A DNA stretch of 63,556 nucleotides, the filler included, from Licmophora abbreviata (lineage: Eukaryota), in NCBI GenBank assembly GCA_900291995.1. It is 16 parts of 16 records of this genome, joined end to end, with 100 filler letters (N's around TTAATTAATTAA, not from the genome) between each part and the next. Parts side by side here need not be neighbours in the genome. Positions count along the whole stretch, not along the records: positions 37,231 to 46,278 come from OLMU01002679.1; positions 46,379 to 50,814 come from OLMU01002680.1; positions 50,915 to 53,195 come from OLMU01002681.1; positions 53,296 to 55,090 come from OLMU01002682.1; positions 55,191 to 57,273 come from OLMU01002683.1; 11 more parts are not named here. One strand, written 5' to 3'. Positions 45,474-56,900 of this stretch are shown here, in pieces (within the stretch, counting starts at the first letter, position 1; each line of letters begins with the position of its first letter). Under the pieces are notes generated by a model, which searched no databases, had not been told where the DNA came from, and worked only from the letters and a program-made list of their open reading frames with translations. Position numbers and translations under genes: made by a program.

Positions 45474-46865
45474 TCAGGTTTGAAACGACAGCTTTCGATG
45501 TTCATGCTCGACCTTCTGAACAAGCTCGTGACGGGGGTTTGGCACGAAATCCATCTCACGGTCACCATAGTCATCCCGACTTCCCAAGTCGCAAAAGGCA
45601 AAAGAGATTCGTCCAGGACCACTTCCACTCCCTTGAAGCAGCCATTCTTTAAGTTCTCCCGTCACATCGCGTTGGACGGCATCTCGAAACATGTCACAGG
45701 AAAGGACGAAGCCACCGCCCGAGGCGCGGTTCTGCGATCGTGCATCCTCACGGCGCGCCACCGTAAGAGCGTACGCATCATCGTCGTCGGTCGGGGGTGA
45801 TGCTAGCAGCAAGCCGCGTGCCTTCAAATCTTTCAGGACTTCTAACTGGGGAGTCAGCATCATAGAGTTGCCTATGGCGATGTGGATGAGGGAAGAACGT
45901 TGAGAGCAAGGCAAATACAGCTATTGACGTCGTACAATTTCCCGCCCATCATGCCTTACGCTGATTGGTATCTACAGTCCGTGGCTTCGAGCGAAACCAA
46001 GGAGCGGGAAGAACAATTATCACTCTCACATCCATGGAAAGAAAGTAAGTGGCTGCTACCTGAATGCCTCGTGAGTCCGGCTCTCGCCGTCTCCTGCCGT
46101 GACCAGCCGGGACGCTTTCGAGCCCAGCGATGGCATCAGCATAAGCGTACGCCACGTTGGCCCCGTCAATTACAACAAGAGGACCCTTTATTTCGTCATG
46201 TACCACTCCCTCCATACGTTCGACAGGCCCATCATCGTAGTTCTCATGCGTGGTGATCGGATGTTGCGGTTGAGCTTCNNNNNNNNNNNNNNNNNNNNNN
46301 NNNNNNNNNNNNNNNNNNNNNNTTAATTAATTAANNNNNNNNNNNNNNNNNNNNNNNNNNNNNNNNNNNNNNNNNNNNGTTGAGCTTCCCCGCCAACGAC
46401 CAATCGAGTCGGGATCGAAGATCGCTTCGTTCTGGGTGCCGGGGCATGATAGACTGGATGAAACTGTTCCCTCGATGGAATGCGTTCGTGGTTAAAGTGA
46501 ATTGGACTCATCCCGATGGAAGCAGTAGCAGCATTTTCGTGGTGCTCGACGGACTTGCCGCCGTCGCCGCCTCCAATCACGAACCGTGTTTCAGCGTGGT
46601 AGCTATGACGAGGATGATGCTCTGCACTCTGGAAAGTTTGCATCCCGATCGCGCGCAGCAGCGAGGATCCAGATGTCGAAACGGTACCCTGCGAGTGTTC
46701 ATGTTCATGGTTATAGACAGTCTGGTTCCACCCTCGTCGTTGCCCAGCACCGTGTTCCTGGTGATGATCGCCGTCCTGCATGGCGTGATCACGCGTGTCG
46801 CCTTCGTCTTGACCTTTTCCCCAAAGCGGAGTTCCTTCTTCAACGAGACGTGGTCTTCCTGCCAT
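45474..46865 (-). CDS. NYN/PIN-domain ribonuclease, Zc3h12a (Regnase)-like; intron ~45959..45872, crosses gap 46279..46378
   Basis: VVIDGANVAY, GIQVAATYF, PPTDDDDAYAL, VLSCDMFRD and RISFAF acidic catalytic motifs. Confidence 0.85.
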
Positions 46866-47215
46866 GTTACTTCGCCATCCGAATCACTGTCAGGTCCTCA
46901 CAAGTCAATCCATACAACGAGTCGATCCTCATTCTACCGTCGCTTGCCGCGGCGTGACGATGTCAAGCGTCATCGCGTCTTTTTTGTCCTCCGGCCGCGC
47001 GTTTCATCACTTTTTTGTTCCTTCTTAAGCGGAAAGCGAGGCTGGCTCGATTCGCGCGCCTGTCGGCCCTGCCGATGGCCGCTCTCACAACATTTTCGCA
47101 TCCGCGACTTTCATGCAAACTTCAACTCCAACGACCTCATCGACCGTGCCCACATTGCGTACCTTCCCCTCAAAGTGGAGCGTGACACCGCAGTCGAGGG
47201 AAGAAGTGATTCACC

Positions 47216-48314
47216 ATGAAGAAATCCAGCACTACGAACCCGAATCGTGGTCGATCCAAGTTGCGTTCCATTGTGAATTCGACGCGACTCAACCGAAAGC
47301 GCAAGGGGCACGAGAAACTCGAAGACAGCGGCGAAGCGACTGAGAGTCATACTGTGTGTCGGAGCTTCAATGTTGATCCAATCATGACGACTGAAAGAGA
47401 AGTGACTGTCTCTCGAAGCCGTCACGGTCTGGAAACCAACATGATGGTTCCTTTCTCTGGACCTACCCATTTTCCGCCTCTAGACCCAAGGGGTTCGACT
47501 GCAACACGCTGGATGCCTTTTTATCCCGACCCATCGCCAACGACAAACCCCGCAAATGCCTCCCACCTGGTCTTTACCCTCCCCTCTCCTCTCCCCTCGT
47601 ATCGTTCCAACTATCACTCGCCATATCCTGTTCAATCTCGCTACCGCCCGTTCGCCAAGAACAACAAGATTGACCAGGCAATGATGCAGTTCCCACATGA
47701 AGTCGTTGGTATTCCGTCCCTTCGAGTTTACCGTTTGAAGCTACCGCCTCATCTCATTCATATCCTGGACGAAATCGTGCTTGGATGCGAGGCCCATGCC
47801 GCCACGCTGCCTCATGGATGGAAGACACAACTATACTCACTCACCCAACAAGATATTGCGTTGGAAGATGTCCCGCACTTGCACCATGCCGCCAAGCCCA
47901 TTACACTCTACATCAAGGGCGCCATGGCAGCCACGATGGGCGTCGAGTCAGTTCGATTAGATCGCAATCAGCCTCATGTGCTCAAGTACAACGTGCAAGA
48001 TGGACACACTGGAGTTGTTCTACACCACGATAAGTGCGACGTGACCGCGAACTTGTGCTTGTCGCGCAGCACCAGCTACCGGGGAGGCGGGTGAGTACAC
48101 AGTGCACTGCAGGGTGTGCCCACTATGATAGCGGTAAAATCTTATTGTTTCTCTGGTATTATTGCATTCCAGAACGTTCTTTCCCGAAGCGCGGCAAGTT
48201 GTGAAGCTAGAATTTGGCGAGTTCTTGCTGCATCCTGGAGCTCTCGTGCACGCAGGCATGAACATTACAAACGGTACACGCCACTTGATGGTCATGTTTG
48301 GGAACAAAAAGTGA
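47216..48314 (+). CDS. 2OG-Fe(II) oxygenase (prolyl/lysyl hydroxylase-like C-terminal domain); intron ~48091..48172
   Basis: YSLTQQDI, PHVLKY, HHD.CDVTANLCL, YRGGG|TFF, LLHPGALVHAG and GTRHLMV (HxD...H...R). Confidence 0.85.
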
Positions 48315-48573
48315 AGAGTGATAGTTCTTCCTTGTCGAGTGGTTGATCTCGTTGTAAAAAACAAATAATGTCGGCCTTGATGGTAAAATGTATCAATAGC
48401 TGTTTGGCTCATATCGATTCTTCATCAAGGAACGAGACGATGGTTGGGGCTTCATGTCCCGAATACATCTGCTAGCCTCGTCTCTCACATGGCGCCTTCG
48501 TTGCCAAATTCACTTGACTTTTGTCTGATTAGATAAATAGGCTCTTATACATTAATACTTACACCGTCTACTA

Positions 48574-50475
48574 TCAACATAACAAAGGATCGGTGCACGC
48601 ACTTCCTCCTTTTCCCTTTCCCTTTCCCGTCGGGGAGCGAGCAGTCGACGATGCTTTTGCATACGGAGAACCTTTGCCTTTCCCCGTCGGGGCGCGAGGT
48701 GTGATTGGAATCTTCGCTGTAGGAGCACGTTGCCCGTTTGGCGTCTTGCTGCCACCTTTACTTTTCGAGGTTGGGGCACGGGGCGAGCCTGGTGTCTTGC
48801 TTTCGCCTTTACTTTTGGAGGTTGGGGCGCGTGGCGAGCCTGGTGTCTTGGTTTCGCTTTTACTTTTGGAGGTTGGGGCGCGGGGCGAGCTTGGTGTCTT
48901 GCTTTCGCCTTTACTTTTTGAGGTTGGGGCACGGGGCGAGCTTGGGGTCTTACTGGCGCCTTTGCTCTTCGAGGTTGGCGCACGGGGCGAGCTTGGTGTC
49001 TTGCTTTTGCCTTTACTTTTGGAGGTTGGGGCACGGGGCGAGCTTGGCGCCTTCGGCGCTTTCCCCTTGGACGCCGGCTGCATAGAAAGAAAAATCCGAT
49101 TAATATAGAACACTGTTGGAATATTGTGATTGATAATCACCGCCGCCCTCCAGCAACACAATTGGACTCACCTCTGGACTAGGGTCGACTCTTGGCTCTG
49201 TTGGTGCAGGTGTTGGTGCAGGTGTTGGTGCAGGTGTGGGTGCAGGTGTTGGTGCAGGTGTGGGCGCAGGTGTGGGCGCAGGTGTGGGCGCGGGCGTCGG
49301 GTCAGGTGTGGGTACAAGTGTCGGATCAGGTGTGGGTTCGGGCGTGGGTTCGGGCGTGGGTGCAGGCGTGGGTTCAGGTGTCGGCAGCGGCGTCGGCTGC
49401 AGAACAATTAGGAATACTTTTAGTTTGCTTTCGTTTATTTCCATGGATGGTGCCATCTGCAGTTCATTGAACTTACCTCTGTAGTCGGGTCCACTCTGGG
49501 GACAGTAGGGACAGGGGTGGGGAAGGGAGTAGCCCCGAGGAGCTGGAAGCTATATTCATCGTCATCTGAGCACAATGTGTCGTCGCCAACGGCAACGCCT
49601 TTGACATTCGCGTTCGTTACGAACGAAGAATCTTCACAGACATTTACCACATCTGCTTCCACGGCGGAGAAAACCCGCCCGTCGCCAATCGTAGGGGCGG
49701 GATCTGGCAGGATCGATAGTGTCACTCCCTGATGCGTGCGATCAAATGCAGTGATTTCCAAGGGAACTTCGCCAGTATTCTCTACGACGTACTGGTATTG
49801 CACATTGACCAAACAGTTCCTCTCTCCGTCCGCGTTGGTCACTTCAACCAAGTTCATGGCACCGTAGGGATGCCCCAAGGTAATACTATCCTCCTCGCAG
49901 CTTGTGTCCATCGCAACAAATTGACGACGGGTTCCATCTTCAGCGATCACTTCGAAGGAGATTTCCTTAGGAAGGAGACCGCCCCCATCCTCTGCGCAAA
50001 CTATATCCCCTTGGCGCACAAAGCCATCGTGAAAGATCGTGCCTCCACCGCTTAGTTTGACAGTGACGACGGGCTGGCTGCTTGCTTGCGGTGGACCACC
50101 GTTGAAGTCGTCACAGGCAAGGAGTCCATCCATGCCAATAGTGGCACTACCAGCACAGCTTTCAGACGTGTATTGAAAGCAAAGCTTCGTAGGACGGGAG
50201 AAGCACTCAATGATGTCGATAGGTTGAATTGTAGCAGCACAGTCAGATCCTGTTGAAAGAACAGTACAAGCAATGTCAAGATCGACATCACATGAGACTT
50301 GGCAGTACTCCGTACCACAGTACACTCCTTCGTCATCACAACAATGTTCATCGTCTAGACATTCACCGCTGCGACACCAGTCAGTCAGCTGTCGGAGACC
50401 ACGCTCATTGGTACGAGCACCGGAGCCGGACACGGTAGTCAAAACTACGATCAAAGAGAGAAGAGAAAGGCGCAT
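48574..50475 (-). CDS. Secreted modular extracellular/cell-wall protein: signal, RXL propeptide, Cys-rich domain, PT repeats and Lys/Ser-rich repeats
   Basis: Exons 50475..49477, 49396..49172, 49077..48574 with in-frame GT-AG introns. [12 protein letters not shown]...ERGLRQL, a Cys-rich globular region, (PTPA)n and ([17 protein letters not shown])6. Confidence 0.85.
48739..49044 (-). repeat. Coding tandem repeat, 51-nt unit x6
   Basis: Encodes the 17-aa unit [S/G][10 protein letters not shown][G/S]x[S/T]KTP. Confidence 0.92.
49196..49396 (-). repeat. Coding tandem repeat, 12-nt unit ([12 protein letters not shown])
   Basis: Near-perfect GGTGCAGGTGT(T/G) units on the + strand. Confidence 0.92.
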
Positions 50476-51083
50476 GTTGAAGTATGCTGATTCGACAATG
50501 TATCGACGCTGAACGGAAAGCAAAAAAGATAATGTAAGATACATATATTACTGAAATCCTCAGATCAAGCTATGTTCAATGATATGAACGCCAATAGGTC
50601 GACGAGGAGCTCACCGCTTCGATAGTGTCAAGGCAGATTTGTGGTGCCGAAGTGACGAGAAGTGGCTTCGAAAATGTGATGCCGAGCCTGAAGCGGGATT
50701 TGCCGATCTTTTGCGCCGGCGAATCGGTTGAGCGCCCTGCTCGCAAGATTCAGAACAGATCTTACTTATGAAATTTTGTTCTACAAGACTGCAGTATCAC
50801 CAAAACAATATGTANNNNNNNNNNNNNNNNNNNNNNNNNNNNNNNNNNNNNNNNNNNNTTAATTAATTAANNNNNNNNNNNNNNNNNNNNNNNNNNNNNN
50901 NNNNNNNNNNNNNNGGCAAAGGTTGTAATACTCCTCCCAATGGTCAAGCGGGCGCAGGCTCGGCCCTCCTACTCGCAATTCAGTTGAGACTCGAAGTCCA
51001 CGACACCGATCTTATTCTTGTTGTAGCCGCACTTGTTAAAAGTGGCTCCAGGGATACTTCTAACAGTGAACTACCACACTTCC

Positions 51084-52368
51084 TTATTCCTCCTCTCCAC
51101 CCTCACTTCCGCCTCCTCCCATAGGGACTGGTATTGCCATTCCAACTCCGCCAGACGGCACTCTACGGGCGATCTCACTAACCATGCGTTGTGGTGGCTG
51201 TCCCTGCAACCACACCGACCCCGGACCAGTCAGTGTCGTGACAAATAGCCCTTCGCCGCCAAACATAACATTCTTGAACCCAGGCATCATTTGTACGTCT
51301 AAGAGTGAATCACAAAAGAAGGGCTGAGGTTGAGAGGTTTGCGTCCGTCACAATTTCCAAGTCATGCAGAATGACATGGCGGGACTTACCATAGTCGACT
51401 CCTTGCGAAAATGCCACAAGACAGCCCGATGAGATCCGAAGCTCTTCGCCATCGTTCAATTCTCGCCGCATCAAGGTGCCGCCAGCCTTGACAAAGACGT
51501 CGCCCTCTCCTGTCAAGGCTTGAAGGACGAATCCTTCGCCTCCAAAGAATCCGCCCGTGATGCTTTTCGTAAACTCCATATCAATATCCACCGTATGAGA
51601 TGCACAGAGCAAAGCGCCTTTTTGACAAACTAGTTTGTCGCCATAGTCCTCGAGGCTGAGCCTCACAATTTTGGATGGAAAGTCCGTACCAAGAGCCACC
51701 ATGCCCTTCGTGCCCGGATCGCCGTTGTACGTGTAATCCGAAATGAAAATGTTCTGTCCCGTCATCATTCGCTTGAATCCCGCTGACATGCCACCACTGT
51801 GAAAAGCGATAAAGACGGGATCATGGGTGAGATCCGGGAACGGGCAGTCACTGCCATGAACGTACAAATGGCGATGTCTGAAAGAGACTTACCCCGCGGT
51901 GGTGTTCATTTCGACGCCCTCAGTCATGTACATCATCGCCCCAGACTCGGCGCGAAGGACCTGCCCAGGCTCTAGCTCCACAGTGACAATCTGCAATGTG
52001 AAAATGAATCTCTAACGAGTGAGATACGACTACAGCAATGTGTCATAAAGATATCGGCGGCATCCTCCCAATACAACAACACTTGCCTGGCTTTCTTTGC
52101 CTTCGATACTAGCAGCCACGTCAAAATCAATCGGTATCCCAACGACACCATCTGAGCTTGTTCTAGCCTCCAGAGAGGCATCGCCTCGAGGCGTCAGGTC
52201 TGTGGACGACGCAGACAAATTGCGCACAGCGGTCGCCGCCGGGAAACGATAGGATGCATGACTCAGGCTCCCGTGGGCAAAGGCGCCCAGCACTCTCGTC
52301 GAGCATCTGGACGATTCCACTGCTCGTCTACCCGTATTTCTTAGGATCACTGCGCTTGCTGACGCCAT
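51084..52368 (-). CDS. AIM24: Mitochondrial AIM24 (DUF124/TRAP-like) family protein; 4 exons
   Basis: Arg/Ser-rich presequence, IEGKESQ|IVTVELEPGQVLRAESGAMMYMT, RMMTGQNIF, CQKGALL, GFFGGEGFVLQAL and FGGEGLFVTTLTGPGSVWLQ. Confidence 0.9.
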
Positions 52369-52714
52369 GATTGGAGCGCAGACTAGAAAAGGAGTAACAA
52401 TAGAAGTATGATAGACGCCGCTGCGAATTTAAGTGTGTCATGTTTGGGATGAGATCGACGACGACGCGAAGAAAATTCATCTGGGCTTCGCTAGGGAGGA
52501 ACTCTGGCTTGCCTGGCGCGCATGTTTGAAGCTGATTTCGTGCAGCCTTCCGACACTTCTTTTTACATTGAGTTACTACGTATTCGGTAGCTATCTTTCT
52601 TTGCTTTCTAGCCCCTTCGAGGCCGGCCCTACATAAATGGTATCTGCATTGAGTTGCCAATGTGCTAACGGGTTCTACCAATGAGTAAACGTGCGACTGG
52701 ATAGCATTATAATG

Positions 52715-53614
52715 CTAAGAGACTTTTGTCTTCTGTGTAGCAACAAAGTTCCAATCGAGAGCGACTTGCTCTGGAATCGGACCTCCCATAGCAATTCTCT
52801 CGGCGCTTACCTTCCAGTTGACACAATCACCTTCCGTACTGCTGAACGACTGCTCCGCCAGATATTGCGAAAGTTTTCTCAACTCATGTACCGTTCCGCC
52901 GCGCACATTGCCAAGGGTAACGTGCGGTGTCCAGCGCTCCTTGCTATGCTTTGTAATCTCGGAAAGCCCAGTCGATTTCCCATTCCGGGCAATATCTCTT
53001 ACGTCGTCATGAAGCAAATGCCACTCGAGCGGAGCTTCCAGTATCGCAACAATGAGATAGTTGCGTCGAGGGGGGAAGAGCGAAAGCTCCTTCACTGCGA
53101 ACGCGCCACACGTAGACTGTTCGTCGATTCGGCGTATCGCATCTTCGTTTCGCCTTGCTTCGCTGGACTCTAGTGCAAAGCTTGAACGTTCCAATNNNNN
53201 NNNNNNNNNNNNNNNNNNNNNNNNNNNNNNNNNNNNNNNTTAATTAATTAANNNNNNNNNNNNNNNNNNNNNNNNNNNNNNNNNNNNNNNNNNNNAGGCC
53301 ACCTGTGCCATTCCTGTGATGATGTCGTCAGAGGCACCCGATGCAGCAGCAGAATGCAAAGGACTCTCGAAGCATCTCCTAGACAAGGACCCTAGCGATG
53401 TTTTAAGCAGTGTTCTGGTCGGCGAGCCACCATCCAATGCAACCCAGAGTCGCGATCTTTGCTGATGAGCAGCAGCAAAGACGTGAATGGCACCTTGACG
53501 CCGGTAAATTCGACACGGATGGAAGGTATGCACTGAAGAACCAAAAAGAAGTACAATCGAAACAGGTCTTTGACGACGCCGACAAAGTCTAGTAGAGATT
53601 GGAACAGACATCAT
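52715..53614 (-). CDS. 2H phosphoesterase (RNA 2',3'-cyclic phosphodiesterase/LigT-like); middle lost in gap 53196..53295
   Basis: LSLFPPRRNYLIVA and the second HxT motif (WTPHVTLG). The N-terminal ORF 53240..53614 looks like a targeting peptide. First HxT not visible. Confidence 0.65.
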
Positions 53615-53930
53615 GCCATCTTGTCATTCTTTATTCGATTCGGCACGACGACCGATGCAACGAGCAACAAAAGATCCTTGCCGCTGTTCTCGCTCTTCAG
53701 TTGTGACGCCGCCTATCATCAGCGGCGCGAGAGCTGTGCGTTGTGTGGCCTGATTCGAGAAGCGAGCTACACACGAGCTTTTTCCAGAACGGTTTTGCTT
53801 CTTCTCTCCCTGATGCTTTATAACCGGAGCTGCGCCAGTAGTTGAAAGTGTGCCTCCATAACGAGCGATTTCGAGCACTAGGAGTGACAACAATTCGATT
53901 AACTGTGATATCATTGTTCTCAATGTAGGA

Positions 53931-56900
53931 CTACGCATAGTAATGTGGAGAGCTCACAACATCTTCCAACGCCTCGATTTGCTCTTGCGAAAATTTCTGT
54001 CGGTGTTCTTCCCAGTTGTCAGACATGTGGGTTCGCTTGAATTCACCACAACACTTTTTGACAGTGTCCCGAACACTAAGTGGGGCACTTCGCTCGAAGG
54101 AATGCTTCGAGATTGCAGCCAACGCCACTGGAACGTACGGGGGAGTGTCATACGGCTGAGCCAATACCGCTGCGCACAGAAAGAACACTGAGGTCTGCTG
54201 GTTTCGTAAGCGTTTCTTTTCCTTTTCTTCGTCAGGGGCTTCGACAGACGCGGCAGCTTCTGCGGATGCCTTCTTTCTCTTCTTCATCCTTGAGCGCTTC
54301 GCAATCGTGACGTACTTTTCGATGAGTGGGGAAATTTCTTTCAATGGTGTGGCAGCTAGAATCCCAGTAAGCGCCTCCATCGCAGCCGATGAAACTTCGC
54401 GGCGTTCGTCGGAGAGCAGGAATGCAACTGTGTTCATTGTCGTCCTGGCATGTTCCGGTTGAAAGAGATACTTGTGACTACCTTGGTAGCACCGCAAGAA
54501 GTGCGCTGCTGCTTGTCGCACCTGCCAGGAGTCGTGCTTCGAAGCCTTCACGGCATGGTTCAGAACTCTGGTGATATCGGCGGTCCCCCCGCTATACGAT
54601 GCGATGCAGGAGCTTCCGACTTCCACCACCATGTAGCGGAAGCCTTTCGCGACGTCAGTTTCTAAGGCTCGTTTGGCGGTGCTTTCAGCATCGTTGCCTT
54701 CGTCGTCTTGGTTCACATTCACCTTGAGAGCCTCGAATGCAACGGGAAGAAGCGGCACGACAAGTGATGAGAATTCTCGCTTCGAATCCCCAATGTGATT
54801 GCAGTAGGCCATGAACTTTCGGGTAGTAATAAGAGCATTGTATCGTTCCTTGAAAGCTAGATCACTCGCACTATCCAACGAAACAAATTTCGCCAAGATT
54901 GCTTGACTGACGCTGGCACTCTCGGCGAGAGGCGGAGAAGAAGCCACACCAGCCGATAGCTTTGCCGCAGTTTGACGGGCAATCTTCTTCTCGCAACACC
55001 AGATTCGAAAGAGACAACCGGCAATATGATCCCGGCAGGAGTCGTAAGGGTGACCGACAGCCTCGACAAGCCGCGGCACAAGCGATTCGCNNNNNNNNNN
55101 NNNNNNNNNNNNNNNNNNNNNNNNNNNNNNNNNNTTAATTAATTAANNNNNNNNNNNNNNNNNNNNNNNNNNNNNNNNNNNNNNNNNNNNATTCGCGTAT
55201 AAGTTCCCAAGACGCCTCGGACACAGCTGGTATGTCCCGACACTCTTCTGTGCGCTTCTGAAGCTGCCCGCGGTACCACGCCGGTTTCAGTAACAGCTCG
55301 CGCTCCTCGTCCATTTCGATGATTACCGCAGTCGTCAGGTAAAGCCATTTCGACTGCGCTGTGAACCCATCGGAGCCCAACGACCCAGCGTCCGAAGCAG
55401 ATTCAACTACGCCTTCCAGCGAAACGTCAGATGCTTCATCTGTCTTCCATAGGCAGGCCTGTACTCGGGCTATTAACCACAGTAGAAGCGGTTGCATCTG
55501 GTTGTGGGAACAGGATTGCACACTGTATCGCAGGGCGTCGAAGTAAGCGCCAATAAGTGATATTGGTAGCTTCGAAACTACATCTTCGAAGAAACGTAAC
55601 AGTGAAGCGTTCCATACATCGTCGGATGGAGCCGCTCTGGAAAGCAAAGCGCGACTCACCCCCGCAAATATCTCTGCCGACGTGACTTGTTGGTTGCGCT
55701 GGTCCTCGCTTGGGGCCGCTGCCACGAGATCCTTCGCAAAGTCCAGCAGGTTGCTAGATGCTGCCAAGGCCACTTTCTCGTCGACAAGTAGCAAGATCGA
55801 TTCAATCATCTGCGCGTGTGCAATCTTGAAGGTTCCCGAGCTCTGTCCTGTTCGTTGGAAAGGGAATAGAGACCGCAGAGCCACGAATCGAGACGAATCC
55901 CGAATGATGTCCTCGACCCCCGCCGACCACTGCGCATCGTGACCACCACCAAAAGTAGCGTCTTCTCGATGATCGTACACCAACGCCTTCCCAAGAATCT
56001 CGCAAAAGCCTTCTTCCATTAGCTTGCTCTCCAAGAGAATCTTGTGACCGCTATGCACTTGGTCATGTCCGGATATAACGAAGGAGAGTAGGCGCCCCAG
56101 AAAGCCTACTGCAACGCGTTGCAAAGGCTGGCCCATTTCAGTTTCAAGCAGCTTAAAGCATGTACTCCACAAGCGAGCTTGTACAGCGCTTTCAGCGCTG
56201 ACCATGTCTTCCTTGTCAACAAGGTTCATAAGAAACCAGCCAACCAATAGACGCTTCCTCCAGTGGGTTGCGCCGTCCCATCCGAATCGTCTCCGCCTTT
56301 TTGAGATTCGTCATTCAAGATGCCCAGAAGATATGTAAGACATTCAACATGGAGCATTTTCACCTTGACAGATGTGTGTGGTAGTGAGAAGAAGCGCGAG
56401 CGGAACGGACCGAACAGGTTCTGAAAGTATTGGACCATTTTCTGCATCTCTTCAATTGGGATCTGTGATACAACCTTGTCGGTCTGACAAAGGGTGCGAA
56501 CAAAAATAAATCTTGTTTCATCGTTGGACATGGCTTGGCGGATCATCCGGGGCAACGCGAGAATGGAACATACACCTTTCATTGCCTCAGCCAGCCGCGT
56601 TCTCTTGCCTTGTGAGTCGTTTTGCTTGCTGAGTTGCGAGCACGATGGCACACCGTACTTCCCTCGCATCTCATCGTCTTCGAGCGTGACAGCTGGTAGA
56701 AGCCGCGAGACTCTCGATCGAGCAAGCCAACCGAAGCGGGTGAAGGCGTAGTCCACTACCCCGATGCTTGCTGCCCTCACCTGCGTATTTGGATGACACG
56801 AAAGTGCAAAAAGACCATCGACCAGACCTTCGTACCCTGCCAAAGCACCCAGGTCGTCGACACATGGGGCACCAGTCAACCCGCTCAAAGCCAACGAGCT

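Noticed and set aside
46380..47219. 279-aa + strand ORF
   Set aside because: Antisense to the NYN nuclease N-terminus and its promoter, begins at a gap edge, and has no motifs.
48739..49044. Regularly spaced repeats as a CRISPR array
   Set aside because: Contiguous 51-nt coding units with no unique spacers and no cas genes, in a eukaryotic context.
48593..49108. Repetitive + strand ORF ([13 protein letters not shown])n and other alternative frames
   Set aside because: Antisense shadow of the Lys/Ser-rich repeat exon. The minus-strand frame has proper splice sites.
49130..49484. (CRCW)n, (VQVW)n and (GVGA)n ORFs resembling metallothionein or silk
   Set aside because: Alternative-frame readings of the 12-nt PT repeat.
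1983..53614. Functional cluster of RNA-related genes (TruA, TrhO-OMT, NFACT-R, NYN, 2H)
   Set aside because: They are scattered over 50 kb among unrelated genes, with no evidence of clustering beyond chance.
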